From: Mobula hypostoma
Taxonomy: Eukaryota
Direction: 5' to 3'
Assembly: GCF_963921235.1 (NCBI RefSeq)
Contig: NC_086100.1
Location: 63,488,001-63,552,000, forward strand
DNA: 64,000 bases
Below the pieces are notes generated by a model. That model worked only from the letters and a program-made list of their open reading frames with translations. It did not search any database and had not been told where the DNA came from. Below, piece by piece: positions 12,580 through 23,999 of the stretch. Position 1 is the stretch's first letter, and each line of letters opens with the position of its first letter. The translations under genes were made by a program, and so were the position numbers.

Positions 12580-12597
12580 ATCCCAGACGAGCCCCCA
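12580..12597 (-). promoter_or_regulatory. primer-binding site, tRNA-Pro
   Basis: Minus strand reads TGGGGGCTCGTCTGGGAT, a 17/18 match to the canonical PBS-Pro TGGGGGCTCGTCCGGGAT, 2 nt downstream of the 5' LTR. Confidence 0.92.
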
Positions 12598-12599
12598 AA

Positions 12600-13361
12600 T
12601 ATTATGAGTATGAACTAAGTCACCAGATAGACACTGAAGCTGATGAAATAGAAGATTTTATTCGGCACACAAGCAAGCATCATACTGGAGACATTCTTGG
12701 AAGAGGCTCCCAAATACACAGCTACATCATATTTTTATACCTTTAAGATGAAAGGCAACAGCAGGTGATTCAGTACAATTTCAATAGTTACAATGACATT
12801 GTTTAATTTAATATTTTGGGATGACAAATGTTTCCTTTGAGATACATATTGGAAGCACATTGTAATGGAAAATACACCTCTGACAGTCCAAACGCCTTTG
12901 GGAGAAACTAATTAACACAAACGTACTAAAACCTTTTGGCGACAGAGCCAGACACCCAAAGTTAATGCTGTCAGGGCTTTCTCTGAGTACACAAATATGT
13001 TAAATACCCAAGAACTATTGATTGCTTATACCTGTGACCATGTTTTAGACGCTCAGTGGTAGCATCTGTCTGGTCTCTCAGCTTGCACTCAAGTCACAAT
13101 GGTGCAAATAATTTAGCCATGTTGCCTGGTTTAATGTAATCCAATTTACACAATCCCATTTCTCTTGCATGTGCAATCTCTTAGTCTGTGGAGAAGCATA
13201 TGCTTTTAACTTCAATTTACTGCTTGCAATTTACAAAAAAAAAATCAAGGCTAATTGCAAGCTTGCTGAACTTACTTACAAAACATATACTATAAACTGA
13301 AGCTTGGTGCTTGTTTGCATTAATAACTACTATATTCACATAGCTCCAGAATACTTCCTAA
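12600..13361 (-). repeat. ERV-A 5' LTR
   Basis: Homologous to 4269-6179 without the Tigger; AATAAA on the minus strand at ~12657-12662; PBS adjacent. Confidence 0.85.
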
Positions 13362-13779
13362 GAAAAATGTGTCGGTATTTCTCTTTGCAGAAGGTGTTTA
13401 TTCCTTGGACTTTTCTATCTCAAAGGATTATAGAGGCTAGATCATTAGAAATATTAAGTTTGAGATGGAAAGAGTGGGGAATTGAGGGCAAGGATATCTG
13501 GCATAGAGGAGAAGTTGGGGTTTGGGTAGATCCCCAATGATCATATTGAATGGAGGGGCAAGCTTGAAAGATCTGGTGGTCTTTGCCTAATTCTATTTTC
13601 CTGTAACACACAAAATGCAGATGGAACTCAGCAAGTCAGCAGCATCTCTGGAGAGGAATAAACAGTCGTCGTTTTCCAATCAGAATTTCTTCAGAAAGGC
13701 TCTGCTCAGCAATCGACCCTATGTATATTCTATAGGATAAACTGCAAGGGCAACATAAAGAAACTCACCAAACAATGAT

Positions 13780-15260
13780 CCATAGGAGAGTGGGATGGGA
13801 AAGGTGGATGACAGGAAACATATTGTTAATGTCAATCTGATACAAATGTGTGGTGATGCACTTCGTACAGAGGGATCATGGGTTGCAAGTGGACAGCTCC
13901 ATGAACGTGGAAATATAAATGGATATGGTGAAAAAGAAGGCATGTGGCATGCTTGCCTTCATCATTTGGGGCATTGAGTATAAAAATTGAGAAGTCCTGT
14001 TGCAGTTGAATAAAAACTTTGTCAGGCAACAGTTGGAGTGCTGTCTGCAGATTGGGTTGACAGACTGCAGTGAGGATAAGATCAAGATGCTGCCAGTGTA
14101 CAATGCTCCCTTGGTCAACATCTTCCAGGTAGTGCATGAAAATATCCGTTTAACTTCTTTTACATCTGTTATTCACCTTAAATGTGTTTCTGGGACTGTT
14201 AGAGTTGTAATTTACAGTTTGGAGATTGAGTGATCCAGCACTTTGCTGTCTCCAAGAGGATTCCGGGAAGTATATGTGTACTCACATGACCTCGATGTGA
14301 AGTGACTTTGATATGGGGCATGAGCCAATGTTCATTTCACCGTTTAAAGCAACTATCAATTGCCAATTAAAACGTCGAGGAAGATTGAGATATCAAGCTG
14401 AATGCAGGAGGCAAACAAGAGTTTCAGTGCCGACTGCATGCCTTTTGATGGCTGCCGGAGAAGGAGTCTGTGAGCAGACTATTGCTGTGTGGCTCACTGC
14501 GGCAAGTGGGTACGTCTCTCTGCGGTGTTCCTCTCTTTCAATGAACGTTGGTGATATCGTAGGATCGTATTGTGGTTCTGTATTTATGGATTGGACTAAT
14601 GCGTTTGTGGACTGCGGACTTTTTCAGACTTATTGTTTTCATATTCTGTGTATTTTATCACCAGATCATTTTCTGTTTTGTTGTGCGAAGGGCAGGCGTT
14701 TGGGGGTTGATGTTCTGTTGTGTTCTAACGTTTTTTTGGGGTTGATGCTCCAGAGTGGTTTGGGGGGATGTTGTGATCGGGATGCCATTCTTTTTGTATT
14801 GGGGGGTGGGCTTGATGTTCCTCACCGAATTACTTTCATGCTCTTTCTTTGTTTCGTGGCTATCTGGAGAATACAAATTTCAGAGTTGTATATGGATACA
14901 TGCTTTGTTAATAAATGAACCTTTGAACCTTTGATATGGAGGGTTTGGAGAGGATGTAGAAAAATTTTCAAAATTTAGTAAAAAAAAGATTTTGCCTGGA
15001 TTAGAGAGTATTAATCAGAAGTTGGACTAACCTGAATTGTTTTTTTTGGAAAGTCAGAGATCAAGGGGAACCTGTTAGAAACTTACTAAGCTATGAGAGG
15101 CATAGGGCTAGATAGTCAGAGTCCATTTCCTAAAGATGGAAATGCCATTTTATAGAGCACATCAATTTTAGTTAAGAGGGGAAAGTTTTAGCAAAACATT
15201 TGAGTTTTATTGTTCAGAGACTGGTAACTGCCTGAAATGTGCAGGTAGGGGAGGTGTTCA
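13780..15260 (+). mobile_element. old CR1 fragments interrupted by a non-autonomous element with a Rex1-like tail (~14290-14933)
   Basis: Degenerate CR1 3' ORF at 13780-14090 and 14935-15260; the intervening element ends aataaatgaacctttgaacctttga. Confidence 0.55.
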
Positions 15261-15283
15261 GAGGAATCGAATTCCTTTTCGTT

Positions 15284-15737
15284 ATAGAAACATAGAAAAT
15301 AGGTGCAGGAGTAGACCATTCGGCCCTTTGAGCCTGCACCGCCATTCAGTATGATCATGGCTGATCATCCAACTCAGAACTCTGTACCAGCCTTCCCTCC
15401 ATACCCCCTGATTTCCTTAGCCACAAGGGCCATATCTAACTCCCTCTTAAATATAGCCAATGAACTGGCCTCAACTGTTTCCTGTGGCAAAGAATTCCAC
15501 AGATTCACCACTCTCTGTGTGAAGAAGTTTTTCCTAATCTCGGTCCTAAAATGCTTCCCCTTTATCCTCAAACTATGACCCCTTGTTCTGGACTTCCCCA
15601 ACATCGGGAACAATCTTCCTGCATCTAGCCTGTCCAATCCCTTTAGGATTTTATATGTTTCAATAAGATCCCCCCTCAATCTTCTAAATTCCAACATATG
15701 AAAGTCCTGCCATCCCAGGAATCAATCTGGTGAACCT
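15284..15737 (-). mobile_element. CR1-type LINE 3' end
   Basis: ORF 15374..15697 LEFRRLRGDLIETYKILKGLDRLD...; tail catagaaa. Confidence 0.9.
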
Positions 15738-15738
15738 A

Positions 15739-16101
15739 TATCTTCTAACAAACAATTAACTCAGAGTGGATCAATCATAAGCACATTTATTTTATTTTTA
15801 GCAAGAGAAGACTAGCACTGCACAAAAGCTGGTGATAGCTTCAAAAAAACAGACAACATAGTCATTCCTTTACACACAAGTGTTGGTTCTGTTCAATCAT
15901 TCTGTTCATCTGCTTAATCAGTGTACTTGGCATTCTTCCAGTAACTGAATCTGCTTGTCTTTCTGCAGTTTGTCAAGGACTCAGGGTCTGTTGCATAATG
16001 TTGCACAGACACTATTAGCAAAGCGCTTTTGGTACATTACAGATCCCATTTGCTACAGACAAAATGCCATCTTGTTACTACAAGTAAAATACATTTCCAC
16101 A
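15739..16101 (-). repeat. ERV-B 3' LTR, with polypurine tract at 16102-16114
   Basis: Colinear with 25592-25959; the minus strand reads aaaaaggaaggaa|TGTGGAAATG. Confidence 0.9.
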
Positions 16102-16229
16102 TTCCTTCCTTTTTGTCATTTCATGACCACACTACATTTTAATAAATACAGTAATTGAAATATGCATATGTATATAAAAGAGTGATGTAGTTTCAAAGCC
16201 CTACTCAAAAATCCATCCACTTCCTTTCC

Positions 16230-17130
16230 TTAATATCCTCTCCTTCGTTCTGTTATTTCACACAAAAAATCATAAAAGACTAATAGCCAATTATAATACC
16301 AATAGTTATAGCATAATACAGAATAGTTGCCCACCATCCTTCCAGCACCCTGAATGGCCAACATCCACTTCCTGGATGTGCCATAGTTGTGATACTGATT
16401 CCCTACTTTCTTAATCCGTTTGGCAGCTTCTCGGATGTGATTTGCCAAGTCATATTTTCCTATTCATTAGGTATGTAAGTCCAGCAACACAAATACCTCC
16501 TTTTTCTGATAGAGTAAAATCCAAAACCAACCTGTTCTGTAAAGCTATGGCTCTCTTCACTACCCCTCATACTTGGAGGACATGCCCGTAGGCACAGTAA
16601 CCGCATAACCAGTAAATGCTGCTCGGCAGATGGGGGGGGGGGGAGAAACAGAGATTTGTCAGTTCTGTGCATTTACCTTTTCTACTCCCCAGTGACATGC
16701 TACCTGATCAACACCCTCGGCCACTGCACCAGACCGCTTCATGTGGGGAATCTGGTTCCCATACTTCTTGCAGATGCACCAATGCACTAAAAGTGGGGAA
16801 TGCACCATCCATTAAAGCAATCATAATGGCAATCAGTGACTATCCTGTGACAGCTCAGCTCCACTCATCCCTGAATTATTCATGAAAGTGTACCCTGAAC
16901 CCCATTCACCGGGATTAAAGAAACCATTCAGAGCCAAATCCTGCTTCACAGTGCAATGGAATGGGAGTACAAATCCAACAGGCTGAAATGGTCAGTTGTT
17001 AGGCGAATTCATAACCAAGCAAAAAGGAAGAGTTATGAGCAAGGGCACTGTTTATATATGCCAGGTCATCTGTTAGTTCCAGATTCACCAGTACGAGCAG
17101 GGCAATTTATGCAGTATTGAGGGATCTCAT
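16230..17130 (-). pseudogene. env: ERV-B gamma-type envelope remnant
   Basis: Hydrophobic leader, CWIC at 16969-16980, YWLCG, ISD ALQNRLVLDFTLSEKGGIC at 16489-16542, followed by CWTYIPNE; ATG overlaps the integrase stop (ATGA at 17127-17130). Confidence 0.9.
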
Positions 17131-17699
17131 GTTTTAATTGGCTTGGAAGTCTTCTTACAGTGCGAGCCGTGTATCCATGATGGTTTCTCTCTTACCTTGG
17201 TAGATGTATTAGTCACCAACAGTACATGGCATGGTCCTTCAAACTGATGTTGCAAACAATCCTTCTGACTAAATGTCCAGCCAACCACATAATCTCCAGG
17301 TTCTCTGTCATGAACTTAGTGTTGGCATCAGCCATTGTGCTTCCTTCAAGCGATACTTTTCATCAAGGATGCACAATAGGCCAACATGCTTTCGTCCAAA
17401 TTATGCACATCTGTTTGATTAACTCTTAGTGGTACATCAAACAGCAGGTACAATGGCTGTTCCATTATGACTTTGTGGGGGGAACAATTCTGTTGGCTAT
17501 GGCTCTAATGGTCATACAGACCAATGGTAATACTTGTTTCCATCTTGATCCACATTTTAACAAGCCTGTTTTTAATTGTTCCATTCATGCTCTCTATGAG
17601 GCCAAGGATGGTAGCTGCAATGGAAATGTTGGTCAATCTGTAAGGCCTTCTTTTATTACCTTCCCAGTAAAGTAGGGACTGTTGTCACTAGGGAGTTTT

Positions 17700-20600
17700 A
17701 AGAAGGAAGAGAAGCAGAAGAGAGGAAATTATAGGCCAGTTAGTCTGGTGTCAGTGGTTGGGAAAATGTTGGAGTCAATTGTTAAGAATATGGTTTCAGG
17801 GTACCTGGAAGCACATGATTAAATAGGCCATCCCAGCGTGGTTTCCTCAAGAGAAAATCTTGCCTGAAAAATATGTTGAAATTCTTTGAAGAAATAGCAT
17901 GCAGAACAGACAAAGGAGAATTGGTTGATGCTGTGTACTTGGTTATCAGAAGGCTGTGATGAGGTGCCACACATCAGGCTGCTTAACCAGTTAAGAACCC
18001 ATTGTATTACAGGAAAGATTCTAGCATGGATGAAGCAGTGTATGATTGGCAGGAGGCAAAGTGTGGGAATAAAGGGAGCTTTTTCTGGTTGGCTACCAGT
18101 GACTAGTGGTGTTCCACAGACGTCTGTGTTGGGACTGTTCCTTTTTGTGCTATATGTCAATGATTTGGATGACAGAATATATGGCTTTGTTGCAAAGTTT
18201 GCTAATGATATGAAGAGAGGTGGAGGGACAGGTAGTCTTGAAGAAGCTGAGTAAATACATCTATTGATGCTTCTGGACACATCTTCAGTGATGTTCCTGG
18301 AATCATTGGGTGTTTCGGGTCTTTCAACATCATACAACCTCCTCCAGGTGACCCAGCCGGGGCTGATCAGACCCCAGCTTGTGTCCAGATGGCTAGCTAC
18401 TTATGACTCTGTGGCTCCCCTCTTTTGAGCCAGAGCCATCTTGAGGCCCTCTCTGCCACATCAGTGGTACTGCGGATGGCTCTCCTCTTCCTCTCTCCCT
18501 CGATGCCCAAAATGCTGAAGGCTCTAACTAAAGAACGGGCTATGAATCCCCTACAACCAGCCTCCACTGGGAGACACCTCGCTCTCCATCCAGCCTGCTG
18601 ACAGTTGCTGACCAGTCCTGCGTACTTGGAGAACTTCCTTTCAAAGGCCTCTTCCAAGCTATCTTCCCATGGGACTGTCAGCTCCAGCAGCACCACTTGC
18701 TTAGTCGACTCAAACACTAGGACAATGTCTGATCACAGGGTGGTGGCTGCGATATGGTTGGGGAACTTCAGCTGCCCTTCGAGGTCCACCAACAGCTGCC
18801 AGTCCCTTGCAGAGGTCAGAATGCCTGCAGATGTTCTTTTGGCATGTATTGGCTGCTCCCCTGCTCTGACAAAGGCAATGGTCTGCTTGGAGGGTCGGGA
18901 CCGCTTCGCCCACTCAACTCCTGCACTGACAGCTTCAGCGATGGTCTTCAGGACCTGATCATGCTTCCACCTGTACCGTCCCTCACCAAGTGCCCTTGCA
19001 CAGCCGCTGAGGATGTGCTCCAGGGTTCCTCGCTTGGAGCACAGTGGGCACGCAGATGACTCTGCCTTGACCCATGTGTGCAGGTTTGATGGGCTTGGAA
19101 GCACATTGTACACTGCCTGGATGAGAAATTGGATGCGGTGTGGTTTGGCTTTCCAAAGATCAGCCCAGGTCACTTTCCTCTCAACTGCATTCTCCCATCT
19201 TGTCCAAGCTCCCTGTTGCTTCATTCCCACCACCTTGCAGGCTCTCACCTCCTCCTGAACTAGACGACGCCTTTCCTTCCCTCTGGTGTCCATCTGGGGA
19301 GTTGGAAAGGATCCTAGCCCAGTTCGGCCTCGTGTGACCACTCCCACCAGCCTCCTGTGACGCAGCTTTGCCTCTGCCTCCTGAACAGCTTCCTCTGCCC
19401 TCCACTTCCTGCCAGTACTTACTTGGATCCCTGCTGTAGCCACCTTCGGGTCACTTGAGTCCCTATACTGTAGCACTTCTCTGGCTCTTGTTACCTTGAA
19501 GTCTTCCTCCAAGGATTTGAAGGGCGGTTGCAGTTTGTTGTGGTGTCCATAGAGTGCGATGCTGCTCAGGCTCTTTGGCAGCCCCAGCCATCTCCTGAGG
19601 TGGTTGCTAACCCTCCTCTCTAAGGTTTCGACTGTCGAGATTGGAACTGCATAGACGAGGAGGGGCCATAGGATTCTGGGAAGAATGACATACTGATACA
19701 CCCAGGCTTTAAATTTCCCAGGTAGCCCAGACTTGTCCACAGAATTCAGCCAGCCATCCAACTCAGTGCAGATTGCCTGATGGATGTTGTGTCCAGTAAA
19801 GAGCTGTCAAAAACTTTGCCTAAGCTCTTGACTGGCTTTTCTGTGATGGTTGGGATGGCTGTGCCTGTGATGCTGAACTGGAACTTGTTCTCCACCTTCC
19901 CTTTCCTCAGCACCATCGATCTTGATTTGGCAGGCTTGAAACGCATCCGGGCCCACTCCACCAGCTTTTCGAGCCCTTGCAGAATCCTCCGGCAGCCTGG
20001 GACTGATTCTGTGGTGACTGTGAGGTCATCCACGAATGCCTAGAAAGTCTACGGAAGGACTTAGACAGATTCGGAGAATGGGCAAAGAAATGGCAGATGG
20101 AATACAGTGTCGGGAAGTGTATGGTCATGCTCTTTGGTAGAAGAAATCAAAGGGTAGACTATTTTCTAAATGGAGAGAAATTTCAAAATTTTGAGGTGCA
20201 AAAGGACTTGTGAGTCTTTGTGCAGGATTCCTTGAAGGTTAATTTACAGGTTGAGTCTGTGGTGAGGAAGCCAAATGCGAAGTTATCATACATTTCAAGT
20301 GGACTATAATATAAAAGAAAGGATATAATACTGATGCTTTATAAAGCACTGGTGAGGCCTCTTGTCTTGACACTGCAGAGGGTTCAAAGGAGGTTCATGA
20401 AAATGATTCCAGCATTGAGTGCTTGTCCTATGAAGAGCGTTTGATGGCTCTGGGCCTGTACTCAGTGGAATTCAGAAGAATGAGGGGTGACTTAATTGAA
20501 ACCTATTGAATGTTGAAACGCCTTAACAGAGTAGATGTTTCCTGTGGTGGGAGCATTTAGGACCAGAGGACACGACCTCAGAATAGAGGGGCGTCCATCT

Positions 20601-20893
20601 TAAATGGAGATGAGCTGGAATTTCTTTAGCCAGAGAGTGGTGAATCTGTGGAAATTATTGTCACAGGCAGCTTTGGGGGCCAAATCTTTATGTATATTTA
20701 AGGCAGAGGGTGATAGATTCTTGGCTGGTCTGGGCACCAAGTGATAAGGGGAGAAGGCAGGAGATTGGGGATGAGAGGAACAAAGGATCAGCCGTGATAG
20801 AATGGCGGATCAGCCATGATGAAATGGTGGAGCAGACCTGATGGGCCAACTGTCCTAATTCTGCTCCTATATCTTATGGCCTTATAGTCTTAT
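17700..20893 (+). mobile_element. CR1-type LINE inserted in ERV-B integrase, itself split by HERO
   Basis: RT motifs (NYRPVSL, VTSGVPQ, AKFANDMK) to 18251, continuing from 20041 to the tail tcttatggccttatagtcttat. Confidence 0.9.
18252..20040 (-). mobile_element. HERO (R2-superfamily, RLE-type) non-LTR retrotransposon, 5'-truncated
   Basis: AFVDDLTVTT (RT catalytic), DKSGLPGKFKAW, CPLCSKRGTLEHILSGC, WKHDQVL, ELTVPWE, PVEAGCRGF; only a few frameshifts. Confidence 0.9.
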
Positions 20894-21117
20894 AAACATT
20901 TAGCTCCTGTAACTGCCTCATTCTTTCTGAAAGGAAATACTTCAACCCATCCTGAAAAAATACATCAATAATGACCAATACATATTTATATCATTCATAT
21001 CATTGAAGGCAAGTCTATAAAATCTATTTGTAAATGCATGAGTAGTCCATCAAAGGATGATGCATGAGATGCTTCCATCTTCACTATTTTCCATGGATTT
21101 TGTGAAATATAGTACAT

Positions 21118-23655
21118 CAGGACCGGATTAAGCTAATGCCTTTACCATATGTTATAAAGGGGCCCTAAATTAAAAAGATGCACATGAGTATTAAAGCATA
21201 AATTATTTACTTGCATAGTAAAGTAATTCAATTTTTTTCATTTGCTATACAGCCAGATAATACAACAAATGTCTGACACTTCAGTAATAGTATTACTTCC
21301 ATGTAGGTATCAATTTCAAATGTCAAAAGTAATAAAACTACAATTTAAAAGTTTTATTTTCTAGATTTAGCATGAGCACGTTTGTTGATGGTACTGGAAA
21401 TGTCTATTTCACGCAGAAGTTCATGTTCAGTGCTCATTAGAGTGAGATTGTTCAATCTGTTTTGACCCATGGTGCTCCTTAGTTCATTTTTAATCCTTTT
21501 CAGTTTTGAAAATGAGCGTTCTCCACTGCAGTGGGTAACCATGAGTGACAAATAGATGCGCAAGGCATTTTCTACATTTGGAAAACATGACTCCAAAGAA
21601 TTGTCAGTTATCAAACGGTACAACTGTAACTCTACAAGGTCTTGTTTGGCGCCAATATGAGAAGCAAGATCAGTTTTCAACAGTTTAATAAACTGCACAA
21701 ATTCTTCATCAAGACTTTCTTCCAGATCTTCCAGATGTGATTTAATAAGATTTGATGACCTCTTTATGATTGCTTCAGGTGTAAATGACTGTAACTGATG
21801 AAGAAATCCAAAAACACCATTCACCTTTAGGCAACATACATCAAAGTTGCTGGTGAACGCAGCAGGCCAAGCAGCATCTATAGAAAGAGGTGCAGTCGAC
21901 GTTTCAGGCCGAGACCCTTCGTCAGGACTAACTGAAGGAAGAGTGAGTAAGGGATTTGAAAGTTGGAGGGGGAGGGGGAGATCCAAAATGATAGGAGAAG
22001 ACAGGAGGGGGAGGGATAGAGCCGAGAGCTGGACAGGTGATAGGCAAAAGGGGATACGAGAGGATCATGGGACAGGAGGTCCGGGAAGAAAGACAAGGGG
22101 GGGGGGTGACCCTCTTCCCGTCTTTCTTCCCGGACCTCCTGTCCCATGATCCTCTCGTATCCCCTTTTGCCTATCACCTGTCCAGCTCTCGGCTCTATCC
22201 CTCCCCCTCCTGTCTTCTCCTATCATTTTGGATCTCCCCCTCCCCCTCCCCCTCCAACTTTCAAATCCCTTACTCACTCTTCCTTCAGTTAGCCCTGACG
22301 AAGGGTCTCGGCCTGAAACGTTGACTGCACCTCTTTCTATAGATGCTGCTTGGCCTGCTGCGTTCACCAGCAACTTTGATGTATGTTGCTTGAATTTCCA
22401 GCATCTGCAGAATTCCTGTTATTCACCTTTAGATAAGCTTTCTGCCTTTTTGACAGGGCAGAAAGCAAGCTGTCAATAATGGCAAGAAATGTCTGGCTTT
22501 TAAACTTCTGAGAAGGCATTTGAAATTCAACAAGTGGATCAAGAGTGCTGGAACAACTGAAATCATCATACCTGCAAATTTGCTTGTGTTTACTTCAAGT
22601 TTGCTGTTGATAATCTTCACACTTAGTCAGATCCTTGGATTTTTGCTCAATGTCTGAAAAAGTAGACCACATAACTTGAATATATCCATGCAAGGATTCA
22701 CAGAGTGCACAAGTTGTGTTCAAGTCTTGACCAGAAGATTGCAAAGAAGCACTGGTCATTTGAAAACACTATAATACTTGATCTAACAATATGACCATTA
22801 TTCCTCTTTCCAACTTCGTCATGGTTGAAAGTAGTCCACGAGCCTGTTGTCAACACTCTGCCTTCTGATCATTGTTATTTGAAATGTCATCCAAGACTTC
22901 TTCTATTGAAGAAAAGCTGTGTAAAAGTGCTTTTGTTGCATCTGCACGAGCTGACCACCTGGTATCTGACATTATTTTCACAATGGGCAAATGAGCACCA
23001 CCATCAGAAAATGCAGCAGAAAGGAGATCCCACTGATAAGTAGAAGCAGAAAAAAATATGTACAGGCTTTCTACAAATTGAAAGAAAATTAATGCTTCTT
23101 GACCACATTCAGCAGCGCATTTTCCAACCAAATTTAGTGATTCAACTCATTCAGCTCTTTAATTCATGCTTGTAAGCCACTATACTTGCCACTCATGTTG
23201 CTGGCATTGTCATAACTTTGACCACGACAGTGTTTTATATCAATGTCATTTTCCTTTAAAAAGTCAAGTAAACTTTGAGCGAGCTCTTCAGCATTATGAT
23301 CTTCCATATCCAAAAACTTCACAAATCTTTCAACTGGTCCAGACGGCAAAACATAGCGCACAGTCAAAGTCAGCAGCGCAACTTCCAGCGGCGTAACAGC
23401 GCACGCTGCAGTGGCTTGGGAGTGTGGGAGATAGCACAAAGGTCACCACCACACAGCAAGGAGCCAACACACGCCTGCACACACATACCATGCAGCTCCC
23501 CCACCATGAAAACAACAGCGTTGCCAGATCGTCGTGAGAATACGGTGAGATCTCGATTTCACCAGACTGCAGCTTGCAACCATTTAGTGCAGGGCCCTCA
23601 AAAATGTGGGGGCCGTAGCGTATGCTACTTTTGCTACTCGGTTAATCTGGCCCTG
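21118..23655 (-). mobile_element. hAT DNA transposon (Tip100/ZMYM-like transposase remnant)
   Basis: TIRs caggaccggattaa / ttaatctggccctg; 8-bp TSD (t/c)agtacat at 21110-21117 and 23656-23663; motifs RGQSYDNASNMSG, SDTRWSARADA, CSGERSFSKLKRIKNELRSTMGQNRL. Confidence 0.92.
21831..22420. mobile_element. palindromic (inverted) Penelope pseudo-LTR dimer with 12-bp TSD
   Basis: TSD attcacctttag at 21819-21830 and 22421-22432; ~21831-22095 is the near-perfect reverse complement of ~22120-22389; hammerheads at 21894-21929(-) and 22291-22326(+). Confidence 0.93.
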
Positions 23656-23740
23656 CAGTACATATCACACATTGTACACAAACTTGATTTGCATCTTGCG
23701 ATAAACTAGGACATACCATGTTTGATTTATACATTCTATC

Positions 23741-23840
23741 AATCCTTTCTTTAGCCTCTGGGGAAAGAGTACTGTGCCCTGAAGGGTACTGGAGCATTTG
23801 AGTTGATTGGCCACTTTATGTGGCTCAGCTGTCAGCAATT
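23741..23840 (-). pseudogene. pol: ERV-B RT N-terminal stub
   Basis: LLTAEPHKV..NSNAPVPFRAQY.LSPEAKERI, joined directly to the integrase Zn-binding region. Confidence 0.7.
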
Positions 23841-23999
23841 GGCTAGAGGACCCAAATCAGCACAAAAACAATCCTCCAGCAACTTTCTTTTCAAAGGTTG
23901 CCTCTGCTCCTAGTGTACTAGAGAGTGATAAAAAAAAAAGCCCTTACCTCCTTAAAATTGCCAAATATTCCATCCAGTCATTTCCAGGACCTTCTGTCA

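Larger units (their letters stand above)
4269..13361 (-). mobile_element. ERV-A: degenerate, internally deleted endogenous retrovirus (LTR-PBS-gag-pro-RH/IN remnants-LTR) with nested insertions
   Basis: Direct repeat pair 4269-6179 and 12600-13361; tRNA-Pro PBS 2 nt from the 5' LTR; gag, protease, RNase H and integrase motifs in the correct order on the minus strand; approximate TSD gaaaa (4263-4267 and 13362-13366). Confidence 0.85.
17127..23745 (-). pseudogene. pol: ERV-B integrase remnant in three pieces (23745-23656, 21109-20893, 17699-17127)
   Basis: DANQVCVQCVIC (Zn-binding); LQIDFIDLP..YKYVLVIIDVF.GWVEVFP; SDNSPYFT..HCSYHP..IESMNGTIK; PGDYVV..FEGPCHVLLVT..WIHGSHCKK. Confidence 0.9.

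Noticed and set aside
14313-14918. 201-aa plus ORF
   Set aside because: Low-complexity, GT-rich translation of a non-autonomous repeat with a Rex1-like tail; no domain recognised.
18305-18345. Hammerhead ribozyme in the HERO 3' UTR (ATGATG...GAAAC)
   Set aside because: The CUGANGA core is not matched and stems I and II cannot be built; only the general structure is reported.
21354-21986. 210-aa ORF resembling a ZMYM1-like host gene
   Set aside because: It is a chimera of the Penelope insert and the hAT transposase C-terminus, inside TIRs and an 8-bp TSD.
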